Below, one piece after another: positions 51,955 through 62,803 of a stretch of 64,000 nt of DNA. The notes under the pieces were generated by a model, which saw only the letters and a list, made by a program, of their open reading frames with translations, was not told the origin of the DNA and did no database searches. Location of the stretch: assembly GCA_013239625.1 (NCBI GenBank), contig MU053754.1, positions 369,379-433,378 of the forward strand, read 5' to 3'. Position 1 is the first letter of the stretch, and the number at the start of each line of letters is the position of its first letter. The translations under genes and the position numbers were made by a program. The DNA is from Lama guanicoe (lineage: Eukaryota).

Positions 51955-52270
51955 TTTGTATCATTTTTTAAGATTCCACATATAAGTGATCAGATGATAT
52001 TTGTGTTTTTGCTGAGTTCCTTCACTCAGATAATCTCCAGGTCCATGCTGTTGCAAATGGCATTATTTCATTCTTTTTTATGACTGAGTAGTAGTCCATC
52101 GCGCGTGTGTGCGCACACACACACACACACACACACACAAAACTTCTTTATCCCTTCATCTGTCGATGGACACTTATGTTGTTGCTTCCATGTCTTAGCT
52201 GTTGTAAATAGTGCTGCTCTGAACATGGGGATGCATGTGTCTTTTTGAATTAGGGTTTTCATCTCTTCTG
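51955..52270 (-). mobile_element. LINE-1 ORF2-end/3'UTR fragment with an internal (CA)n repeat
   Basis: ORF 52068-52262 MKTLIQKDTCIPMFRAALFTTAKTWKQ; aagattccacatataagtgat; (CA)n at ~52114-52139. Confidence 0.88.
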
Positions 52271-52289
52271 TTCATCTTTTCTGCACGAG

Positions 52290-52870
52290 TGTTTGTGCTG
52301 GCTCAGATGTTGCTCTGAAGGTATTCTACAAATGTGATTAACACGGGCCATCAACTGACTGTAAGGAGCCCACCCTCCTTAATATGGGTGAACCTCATCC
52401 AATCACTTGAAGAGACCATAAGAGCAAAAATCAAGATTTCCCAGAGTAAAAGAAATTCAGCCTCAAGCCTGTAACCTAGAAATCCTATGTTTCTAGCTGT
52501 CCCTGCTGATTTCAGACTTGCCAGAACCACAGACCCACAAGCCAATTTCTCAAAGGTAAATTGCAATAGATGGATGGACCTCCAGACCTATGTTAGACAT
52601 CCCTCTATCTACCAACCTGTCTGTCATCTGTCTGCCTTTGTCATCTGTGCATCTGTCTGTCTGTCTGTCTATCCATCCATCCATCCATCCATCCTAAGTA
52701 TCTACGTGTCTATGTATCTATCTGTCTGTGTATGCATATATGTATCCATCCATCCATCCATTCTGTTTTTCTATGTATCTATGTTTCTGTGTATGTATCT
52801 GTCTGTCTGTCTGTCATTTCTTAACTATCTTACAGGTTTTGTTTCTCTGGAAGATCCTGGGTGGTATGGT
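52290..52870 (+). mobile_element. MLT2-like ERVL solo LTR containing an expanded TCTA/TCTG/TCCA microsatellite
   Basis: ccctccttaatatgggtgaacctcatccaatca...gatttcagacttgccag...agccaatttc...ggttttgtttctctggaagatcctg. Confidence 0.8.
52600..52815. repeat. Compound tetranucleotide repeat (TCTG/TCTA/TCCA/TGTA)
   Basis: ctgtctgtctgtctatccatccatccatccatcc...tatgtatctgtctgtctgt seen directly. Confidence 0.9.
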
Positions 52871-54894
52871 CAGTGTGAGGAGACAGATCAAAATCATTGA
52901 GAGCTTACAAGTAACACTATTTCCATCACCAGTTTTCTTTCTTTAAAGTTACCTATGTCTTGACTGCTCACATCTCAGGCTTCTGTCTGGATAGGTTCAC
53001 AGCATTTCATCTTTTATTTCCAACCACTCTTCTTTGTTCATTCATCTTCATCAGCGTATATTTCTTTTTCTCTCTTGGTTTATTTGCTTTCTTTTCTAAT
53101 ACTTCAATTGCAATTCTGTGTTCTTTTACTTATTTCAACAGACTTGTCCAATATAGCATGCCTACAGAGCATCACTATTTACCAGTCACTTTAACATGTC
53201 GTTTAAGAAACCTGATTTCCTGGGATCCCAGGAGACGAGCACATGCTTTGGCTGTATGTAATGGATTCAGGTGGATATCATGTCCAATGAAATTAATTAA
53301 TTATGCAGTTAATATCTGAACATGTCTTGTACGTCTGTCAGTCGGCTACCTAGCTCTCAGCCATGTAACCAGGCATGAATTCTGATGGACTTGCTTTATT
53401 TACAACAGTAGTAATACCTAATCATTGTTTTATTCCATATTTCCTTTGCATCTTCCAACTACAAACCTAACTGTTAACTCAGATAGTTAATGTTCACTGA
53501 AGCAAAATGAGTATTATTTCATCAAAGGCCATTCAGTACATTTTAATAGAGGTTTGGTGCCAGGAAAGTCTCCTTAAAAAAGCATAGCTCTTGGCGGTTT
53601 ATGATTTGAAAGCAAAACCAATAACCTTTTAATCTCTACAAACGTCCTACATTATTTTTATGCAATATTCCGTAGCTAAGAAATCTTTGCTTTTTTCCTG
53701 TGCCGGTTAGGATGTGCACTTTAAGTGTTAAGTGGAATACACAGATCCCTAGGAGACAAAAAAACATCTATAGAGAGAGAGAGGTGAATGGTTAATCATG
53801 AAAGTAGAAAATAAATTACAAAATGGAGGAAGAAATTTTCTTGTTTACTAGAGTGTCCTTTTCCTTTTAAAATCTTTGGGGGTTTTTTTGTAAATTATTT
53901 TTCTTGGTTCCCCTCGCTGCTTAAATTTTCCCTGATGCCTTTGCAATGATATTGCTCTGCAGATACCTGAATTATGTCAGAGCTACAGATCACATGAGTA
54001 TGTAACCATAGCAACAGACAGCACAGGTAATGGTTCTGATTTTATATAGATTCATGAGCTCTTAAAATTAGACCTTTTCTACTCCAAGGGAAAAAAAAAG
54101 AAAAGAAATAGAAACATCTCCACCCTTAAGAACTATGTATACTGAAAGTTTGTATCCATCACAATCATATGCACAAATGATTACTTCATTGTTAAAGTCA
54201 GAGTGAATAAGATGCAGTGAATAAAATGTAGATTCTATCTTGAAAATGTCAGAAGGGTAAACTGTACATTGAGATGGAAAATCCGTAAGCCTCACTACTT
54301 CACTTGAGTGGAAAGAATCGTCTCAATTATATTACAATTTGAAGGTACGTATGTGTTTACTACTTTAGGAATTTGCCCAGTATATGAAGGAGAGCTTTGC
54401 TTTACAAAGATAAGGTTTTTCCAGGTGATATCTAAATCTTGGTGAATTCTCAATTAGTTAGGTCAGCGATAATGAGACGTTGTTGCACGAGGTGAATACC
54501 TTAATTAATGAATGCAGCTTAATCTAGCATTTGCAGAAGTGGCTTTCCGTCAGGTGGGGAGGCTGGATGCACACCCGATGTTCCTCTGCCTGCACCACAC
54601 TTTCTGGCACTCAGGAAGCCCTCCTGTAGAATACATGAAAATGAGGAGGAGCAGTTGCAGACTCCTGAAGGCACGTATTATGCTGCACATTTGCCAAGGT
54701 AATATTTAAAACAAAAAGGTTGACATCAAGAAACCCTATACTTTCTGTGACCACCTCATTTTCCTCCTCAAAAATTGCCGGCGGATCTCCATCATAAAGG
54801 ACATTTTAATTTTCAAGTCGTCCCCCAGTTCGTTCCAGCCCCGATTATGTGCACCACTCCCTCCTCTGGACCATCCATTACTTTTGAGAATCAG

Positions 54895-55378
54895 GCTCAG
54901 TGGAGGAACCTTAAATGCGTATCACTTAGCGAAAGAAGGCAGTCTGAAAAGGCTGCGTGCTGCATGGTTGCACCTGTTAATGACATTCTGGAAAAGATAA
55001 AACTGTAGACACAGTGACAGTCTCAGTGGTTGCTTGTGAGGGGGAGGGTCATGAATAGAGAACAGAGACTTTTTAGGGCAGTGAAAGTGCTCCATGTGAT
55101 GGTATAATGATAGATACACGGCACTGTACATTGGTCCAAATGCACAGAGTATACAACACCCCGAGGGAACCCTCGGGTGAACTATGGACTTTGGCTATTA
55201 TGATGTGTCCATGTAGGTTCGTCCTTGGTTAAAAGAAAAAGGTACCATTCTGGTGAGGGATGTTGGTAACAGGGGGCATTAGTATCCATGTGTGGGGGTA
55301 GGGGTTATGTAGGAGGTGTCTCCTACCTTCCTCTCAATTTTGTTGCAGACTTGCCCTAAAAAATTGTCTTTAAAAAAA
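54895..55378 (+). mobile_element. L1MC-like 3' end
   Basis: tggaggaaccttaaatgcgtatcacttagcgaaagaaggcagtctgaaaaggctgc...actatggactttgg...gtaccattctggtgagggatgttg. Confidence 0.85.
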
Positions 55379-55611
55379 TCAAGACTCAGTTCTCCTTGCA
55401 TCCTCATTGTTCTGTATATTCCAAGGACATCTCTCAGTTCCTGTGCCCCTGTGTCTTCTCAGAGCAAGTGGCCAAGGGAATTCGCTGTCCCCTCTCAGCC
55501 GGCAGCCCAGCATGTCCTCTGCCTGCAGCTTAACACTGACACCTGCTGAGACGATGTCATAGGTTGGTCGCAGCTACCCTGTGGGAAGGTCTGCGTGTGT
55601 CTCCTCCATAT

Positions 55612-56370
55612 ACAGTAGGGACCCTTCCCCCCTATTCCTTGGTTTCCGTTACCCTCAGTCAACCGCAGTGTGAAACTGTTAAATGGAAAAGTCCAGAAAT
55701 AAACAATTCGCAAGTTTTAAATGCTGCCATTCTGAGTAGTGTGAGCGCTGCTGGGGATACGAGTCCTCCCTTTGTCCAGTGTGACTCGCTGTTACTGAGT
55801 GCAAACTCATTCTGCTCACCATATGGTGGACCAGTAAATAGGGAGACGAGGTGCTGGGGCAAGGAACAACCAGTCTGTTCGGAAAGCCAGCAGACCCAGA
55901 AGATGGGAGACTAACCCCTAGAGAACCATCTACCCAAGTCAGAATTCACACTCCTTTTATACTAAGCGTGGTTGGTTATTGTGGACTTCTGGGTGTCAGA
56001 ATGCTTTGTTCCTGCAGCTGTCCACAGGGGTCAGGTCACAGTGTTCCTGTAAACCTCCAACAGGACAGATGTTATCCTCTGTTCTGCAACTTTTTACCTC
56101 TGCATGAATGGAAGAGGAGGGTTACAGTTTTAAAGGTCAGAGCCTTGAGAATGGGCTCTCCTGTACATTTCAGGCTCGAGGCAACATCCTTCTACAGAAG
56201 GTGCAGCACCAGCATGACTGAGCCCAGGGTGCAGCACAGGCTTAGAGCTAAAGGAACAGGTCTCAGATGGAGTCAGATTGGTTGTTCTTCCTATGACACC
56301 ACCTGCCGGTCAGTCAGCAGCTGTTGTCGTGGTATCACAGCGCGTGTATTCAAATAACTCCTGCTTCACA
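55612..56370 (+). mobile_element. MER44 (Tigger7-derived, TcMar) MITE interrupted by an LTR
   Basis: ta|cagtag start; gtcaaccgcagtgtgaaactgttaaatggaaaagtccagaaataaacaattcgcaagttttaaat; resumes after 56298 with gtcgtggtatcacagcgcgtgtattcaaataac. Confidence 0.8.
55790..56298 (-). mobile_element. ERV1-type solo LTR
   Basis: TG...CA ends; gagacgaggtgctggggcaagga...gaaagccagcagacccagaagatgg...ccttttatac (TATA-like box on - strand). Confidence 0.75.
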
Positions 56371-57014
56371 ACGTCCTGCAGTAGGAATTTTGGAATTTTA
56401 TCCTAGGTAATGCCTCATGGTCCTTCCAGCTCTGAAGTTCAATATTTAAACTTCGTCTTGCAAGTCAGTAAAACGGATCTCAACTGGAGAATCTGGAGAT
56501 GGCTTTTCCTTGGTGAAGAAAAGCCCTTCCCTGTGTTTTTAGCTGGTCTTTCAGAGTGAGGGGTGCAATGTGAGCAGTGTCTGAGAGAAGACTTGGAATT
56601 AGAGAGTGATCCTATGGCATTAACATAGCCTTTTCCTAGTGGATAAATCATATAATCTCATGTTTGCAGGATGCTAATTTTGATGCTGTGAAAAAAAAAT
56701 TGAGTGACCCCCAAATTTGGGAGTCCTGGATTAATGCATTCCAAAGGTTTTCGTGTTCTGTGTTTGTTTTATTTGTAGGTTCTTAAAAGCATCCCTTCCT
56801 AGAGTATTTGTCATACTCAGTTCCGCCTCTGATATGATAACGCGTTAAATCAGAAATCCCTGCTTTTCTTGACTCACTCAACACCTGTTAGTTAATTTCA
56901 GGAGAACAACGTTCTTCTAAGAAACTGCTGAGTTAAGGCATTATTTTTTTAATGCCCTGATTGTAAATACCCTTACATGGTTAATAGAATGAGCCAATGG
57001 CCATTTCTTAGACC

Positions 57015-57155
57015 AGAGTTGTTGGCTGCCCAGTAAAATCAACAGAGGATGTTTTAAAACATTATTGCCAGATTCTGATTTAATTGGTCTGGAGAGACCC
57101 TGGAATTTCTGAAAGCTGCCCAGTTCATTCTAGCGTGCAGCCGAGGGTGGGGACT
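57015..57155. mobile_element. MER5A-like MITE
   Basis: ttggctgcccagtaaaatcaacagagga...gattctgatttaattggtctgg...ttctagcgtgcagccgaggg. Confidence 0.55.
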
Positions 57156-60100
57156 TCGGATAGAATTGGGTCTTCCGATTGCTTTGCAATTTTTTGATTG
57201 CAAATTTTTCTGATTTTTGGAGGATGAGGCTTAGGTAAAGTTACACACACAGTGATGGGGAGACGGGTGAAGTGTATGCCCGGACCCTAGAAGCAGCCAG
57301 TAGGGAAAACTCACTTGGGTTTGAAGAAGACTGAGGTTTCTAAGATGAGTGTGAGCAGTAATATAAGAGAGAAACTTAAAAAAAAAAAAGGTGGAGGAAT
57401 ACACTGTTTTTCCTGCATCGTGTGCTTTTGCTTTCTTCCAGTCCTCGCAGCCTGGAGCCACGGGAGGTGGATATTTACCTTCAGGTGGGAAGAGCTGTCG
57501 AGCAGGGGGAGGGATTCCATTTTTGTGTGAATGGTACTATTCCTACCACGTGTAGGTATCAATAAACATTCATCAAGGTAAATGCAGAGTCCTGATTTTT
57601 AAAGTCTGAATTAACACTTGATATAAAGCACATTCATCAAGAATCAGCAGTGATAATCATTCAGCCAATTCCAAAGGAGAGATTGTACTCCTATGAAATT
57701 GCACCTCTCCCTTGCAGTATGTGCCAGCTACAAATAATATGCTTTCCTCTCTGCGTGTGCATGGTTACATTCATTAAAATGAATTCAATTTCTCTCTAAT
57801 TTGTAAACTGAAGCAAGCAGTCAATAAGTATCCCTGAAACCTATTTAGTCCATTGCCTTTGTAGCTAGTCTGCAATGCCATCTCTCTACGGGAAATGGGT
57901 ATTTCTTTCCCGATCTTAAATAATTCACCAGTGTGGTCCCGACGGTGAACATCATTTCGTTTGCTAGTATTGCACTTCCATCCCCTTTCCTCCTATGATG
58001 AAAATCACAAGCCCATTCCAAAAAGTATAGGCAAGATTTATTTTTATTTAAGCCCTGTCTCCTTTCAGAGGAAACGCTCTGGACTATATATTTGACTGAA
58101 AGAGAAAATGTAAAATCTTTTTTTTTTCTTTCGGCTTTTATGCTTCAAATCTAAAAGTCATTCATTTTTAGTTTTCATCCTGAAAGCATTTTCTTTTCCA
58201 GCTGTACAGTGCCCAGGCATGTCAGGGATGTTTAAGCAGTAAAGAGAAAAAGTTTTCTGTGTCTGTTTTTATTCTTTTGATAACATGGAGCTAAAAATAT
58301 CTGGTGAAAGAAAGGCTTCTGGAAATAACCACGTCGTGTACTGTGCTCATGGCTCTGCCTGCTATGTATTATTTAGTATATCCTAGATGGGAGAATGCAC
58401 TTTGCGCTCGGGGTTTGGAAAGAGATTTCCCAAAGGTGGCTTTGAGCCCGAGTTCTGCTGCTACCAAATCACATTTGCAGGGATGCGTGTCTCCGGGTCC
58501 CCCACGCTCAGTTTCCATCTGATGCACACAACTGCTCTTGGTCTCCTGCTCTGAACATGTTGTCCTGTTACCGCAGAGTCTGATAACTTTAGAGGGCTCT
58601 CTGCATTTCCCCAGTACCCCTACCCTGCTGGCCTCACACAGGGATGGAGAAGGAGAGTGGGTACCAGATCTGGGAATAGACAGCTTACAAGAAAATGCAT
58701 GGGCAAGCGCCAAGCAAAACACGGAGCTGGCTGCCTTTATAACTTCCTCACTCATTTGCTCTTTCCCCAGCCCGGTTCCTGGTTGGTTCCTCTGGGTCTG
58801 GGGTCTCGGTGCCCAAGGTGCCGTTGGGGCTGTAACTGTCTGGATCTGGGAGGCCACCCCTGAGCTGCCTGCCTGCCTCTGGGATACACGTCCCACCCCC
58901 AGAACCACCTCTCCCTCATTCTGTCTTTTTTCCCATCATAATGCTTCCATCAGGATAAACTTCAGCAAATCAAGGTGACTGAAATTCTGAACGGAAAAGA
59001 GGTTAGCTCGTTTCACAAAGTAGACTAAATGCACACGACACACTAATGGGCTTCATCTGTCGTGTTCAGACTGTCTTCTTGCCCTTTGAATACATCTGTA
59101 TTTGAGGCTTGGGTCCAAGGCCACCCCGCCACCAAATATCGCCCACTGCCTCGTGCCCCATTTTCACACCACCTTTGTTGGAATGAATCTTACTTAGCAC
59201 TGTCACCATTTTTTTTTTTTTGAACTTCTTCTGGGCTTTTTATTCTGTCTCGTAGAATAGTTGTTTGTCCTGATTTGTAGAAGCTACGTGAAGGCAGAGG
59301 TCAAGTTGCTGATGGTCTTACCATATTCCGACAATTCTGGTGGATACAACAACTCCCTTCTCTGGGCAGAGATTTTAATTTTGAAACCCAGAAGGCTCAC
59401 CCCCACTGTGCCTCCATCCTTGGCTACCCCTGCTGAGGTGAAACACTGGATTTTGTTAATGTTTGCATCCCTTGATACGTAGACCTGAATTACAAATATG
59501 TCGATGTTGTTCATTTGTGTGTGATTTGACTGTTTTTAAATGCACAGTTCTTTAATTAAACATTTGCAGTTTTGTGAAACCATTTTCATCCATCTGGTGA
59601 AATCGAATACTCAAAGCAAGAAAAACAAGTCTACTTAAAATTTATGCTTTTCTAAAAATTGTATATGGGGCCACTATGTGATATGAATAGATCGAAATAG
59701 GATAGCATGTTTTTGCAAAAATAAGGGTTTTTATTCTTTATGGCAACTTTCATAGTTAGGTTTTTCTTAATCAGTGGACTGATTTACCCCGCTTTCTGTC
59801 TTGTTGTTGTTAGCTGAGTCACACACGGCTATTTTTAACTTCTCGTAAGCATATGCAGAAACCCTAAAATTGAGAAAGGCATTATATTAACAATGTCTGT
59901 TCTCCCCGAGTGAAGGAAGACTTTTGCTTGTAGAAGTTTAATTTGCAGCGTACAGTTTATAACGCTGCGAAGAGACATTTCTCTTGAAACCACGAGCCAT
60001 ATCATTTCTTTCCTCATTCGACATCTGCAGAGTGAGAGTAAATATTGCTTAATTTAGAGGAAGGTAAGGCTATTTTCCAAGTGAATCTTCTAAATTAATC

Positions 60101-60648
60101 ACTGGAGTAGGCGTGATTTCCTCCATCACACGTCTGCCTTAAATGTGGTACCTGCGCAGATGGACCGAATGCAAAAATAGCTCAAGATTGAAGTAGGTGA
60201 TATTGTCTCACAGAGCAGAGATGTCTCAGTGACATGAAAGTCGCTGTTTTTTATACTTTTAGATTTCTGATGGCTTTATTTATTTCAGTTTCTCTATTTG
60301 GGACGTAATTATTGGAAAAGTTTGTCTTTCAAAAGTTTTTTATTTCTCTCGTAAGACTGAATCACCTGTTGATAATGAACCAGTGTTATATTTTTGGCTA
60401 CCTCTCCATGTGTTTTCTAGCTAAGTCATTGATTTACCTACACCTTGTCCTATTCTGGAAGCTTCCAAGGAGGTGTAACCCCTGTTAGGAAATGTTACCA
60501 TGTCTTGTTCTCCGTTTGGAGATAATAGAACTCTGGCAGATGAAGGTTAAAAGGTCAAGAGAAGATTCTAGAGTAGGAATTTGATTCCGCTCACGTGTTC
60601 AACAAAATATGCAGCGTCCAAAGTATTTCAAGTAAATGTACCTGTGAT

Positions 60649-60781
60649 GGGGAGGAGGGTACAGCTCAAGTGGTAGGGTGCATGCTCAGCGAGTACAAGC
60701 TCCTGGGTTCAGTCCCCAGTACCTCCATTAAAAAGAAAAATTCAACCAATAAACCTAATTACCCCCCAAAATAAAAATAAA
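60649..60781 (+). mobile_element. tRNA-derived SINE (Vic-1-like)
   Basis: gggaggagggtacagctcaagtggtag (A-box) and ctgggttcagtccccag (B-box), A-rich tail; TSD taaat(g/t)tacctgtga at 60633-60647 and 60782-60796. Confidence 0.92.
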
Positions 60782-60899
60782 TAAATTTACCTGTGAAGAT
60801 GTGCACAAACACACAGACGCACCTATTGATCCTGGCCCTCAGGCCCAGCCTCGACTGGCTCACTCGTGCAGTTTCCTGGCCCTCTTGGTAGAGAGGTCT

Positions 60900-61607
60900 T
60901 GTCTCTTGTTGCTTCTCGTCTTAACAAAATACCACAGATTTAAACATCAAACATTCGTTCTCTCACAGTTCTGGAGGCTGGACGTTTGAGGCCAGGGCAC
61001 CAGCACAGTCAGGGTTTTAGACAACAAAATGCCCCAGACTGGGTGGCGTATGAACTCTAGGGACATATTCCTCACGGTTCTGGAGGCTGGGAAGTCCAAG
61101 CTCAAGGTGCCACCAGATCCGGTGCCTTGTGAGATGCTGCTTCCTGGTTCACTGCCGGCATCTTCCTGCTGTGTTCTCACGTGGTGCGAGGGGTGAGGGG
61201 GCCCTCTGGGCTCCTGTACAATGGCCCGAATCCTGGTCGTGAGGGGGTAGCCTTACCTCCCGAAGGCCACGCCTCAGTGAACAGTCATTTTGGAAATTAG
61301 GATTTCACGTGTGAATTTGCGGGGAGGGGAACACGAACACTCAGTCTGTGGCAGTTGCGTTCTGGTGAGGGCTCTCTTCCTGGCTTGCAGACGGCCACCT
61401 TCCTGCCGTGTCCTCACCCTGATGGAGAGAGGAAGCTCTGGTGTCTCTTCCTCTGCTTATAAGGACCCTAATCCCATCCCAGGGGACCCATCCTCTCCAT
61501 CTCATCCAGACCTCATCCTCTCCCATGGGCCCCACCTCCAAATGCCATCACATGAGGGATCAGGGCTGCAGACTATGAATTTGGGGGGCACACAATTCAG
61601 TCCATAG
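60900..61607 (-). mobile_element. MLT1A0-like LTR with a second MLT1A-like LTR nested inside it (~61012-61352)
   Basis: tctcac(a/g)gttctggaggctgg occurs twice; inner copy ends gaacactcagtctgtggca; outer copy resumes ttctggtgagggctctcttcctggcttgcagacggcc and ends aattcagtccatagc. Confidence 0.8.
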
Positions 61608-61914
61608 CTCTGCCCGTTCTGTGTGAAATTTTAAATTCACTGTGAGATCTCGTCTTTGCTTCTAATATGAACTGAGAGAGAAAACGTACAAAGTAAAACT
61701 TGAAGAGAGATGGCCAAACTCCCAAACAAGGAAATGATTTCCTTGGAACAGAAACCAAACAGGAACGCCAAGCAGCCAGGGCCAGGGATGTTAGGCCATA
61801 GGTCCAGAAGCAGGGAGACACTGGGCATTCAGTTGTTACGAAACAATAGGCCAGTGTCCTTGTGAGTCTGTGAAATTGACCTCATCCTTTCCTGAAAGAT
61901 GAATATTTACATGA

Positions 61915-62011
61915 TACATATATATATATAAATTTTTCTTAATGGTGGTACTGGGGATTGAACCCAGGACGTGCGTGCTAAGCACGTGCTCTACCACTGA
62001 GCTGTGTCCAC
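61915..62011 (-). mobile_element. tRNA-derived SINE (Vic-1-like)
   Basis: ggtactggggattgaacccaggac...gtgctaagcacgtgctctaccactgagct. Confidence 0.88.
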
Positions 62012-62594
62012 TATTGCTACTTTCAATCCTCTTGGAACGTCACCCTCACCATTAATATTTTATTAGTATCCATCTCTGTACTGGTTTATTTTGCCTTTAT
62101 TCAGGACCACTTCTATAATGAAACGAGATTTTGTAGGGAAAATGTAAATGGGATCAAATCCTCCAAAGTGTTGTCCCCTTAGAAGTAACCGTGAACACAA
62201 CCAGATGGAACCTACGATTTCCCACAGTGATAGAAACTTCCTTCACGGGTAAGAAAATCTCTTGAGTCTTCTTTCCAGCCCTTATTGCTCTTAGCAGACC
62301 GGCAGTATCTAGCTTGCAGCATTCCCTGCTAACGTAGACAAGGGAGACACGGGAGGGGTAACACGGGGAAGCCCTCCGTTTTAGACCGGGTTCTGAAGGT
62401 CTTTGCCAATACAGACACTTTGCCTTGTGATCCATTCTGCTGTGTCGCTGGGCACTTTCTTTGACCTCCTCTCCAGCGGCACAGCTGTTTGCCCGCTGCA
62501 GACCGCGCAGTGTCTGTCCGTGGGCACCTGCCCTGTGATGGGGGACAGCAGCTCAGGTCCTGGCAGTCGGTCTTGCTTGGATGCTTCTTTCTCT

Positions 62595-62803
62595 CTCTCT
62601 TTTTTTTTTTAATTGAAGCAGAGTCAGTTACAGCGTTGTGTCAGCACCATGTTTCAGTCACGCACACACACACACATAGATTCCTTTACGTGTTCTTCTT
62701 CACTGTAGGTGACTGCAAGGTACTGAGTATAGTTCCCTGTGCTGTACAGTGTAGGCTTGCAGTTTATCTCTCTTAAATACAGTCGTCAGTGTCTGCAAGT
62801 CTC
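62595..62803 (-). mobile_element. Short LINE-1 3' end
   Basis: polyT then aattgaagcagagtcagttacagcgttgtg...tagttccctgtgctgtacagt; degenerate TSD ggatgcttctttctct / gggtgcttcttactct. Confidence 0.85.

Noticed and set aside
52487..52946. Hydrophobic repetitive ORFs
   Set aside because: Translation of a tetranucleotide microsatellite inside MLT2
55851..56357. 168-aa ORF
   Set aside because: Lies within an LTR and MER44; no gag/pol/env similarity
58369..58978. Overlapping 179-aa (-) and 146-aa (+) ORFs
   Set aside because: Non-ATG starts, no homology recognised, GC-rich background
60649..60727. tRNA-like sequence with A and B boxes
   Set aside because: Has an A-rich tail and TSD and lacks an intact cloverleaf, so it is a SINE rather than a tRNA gene
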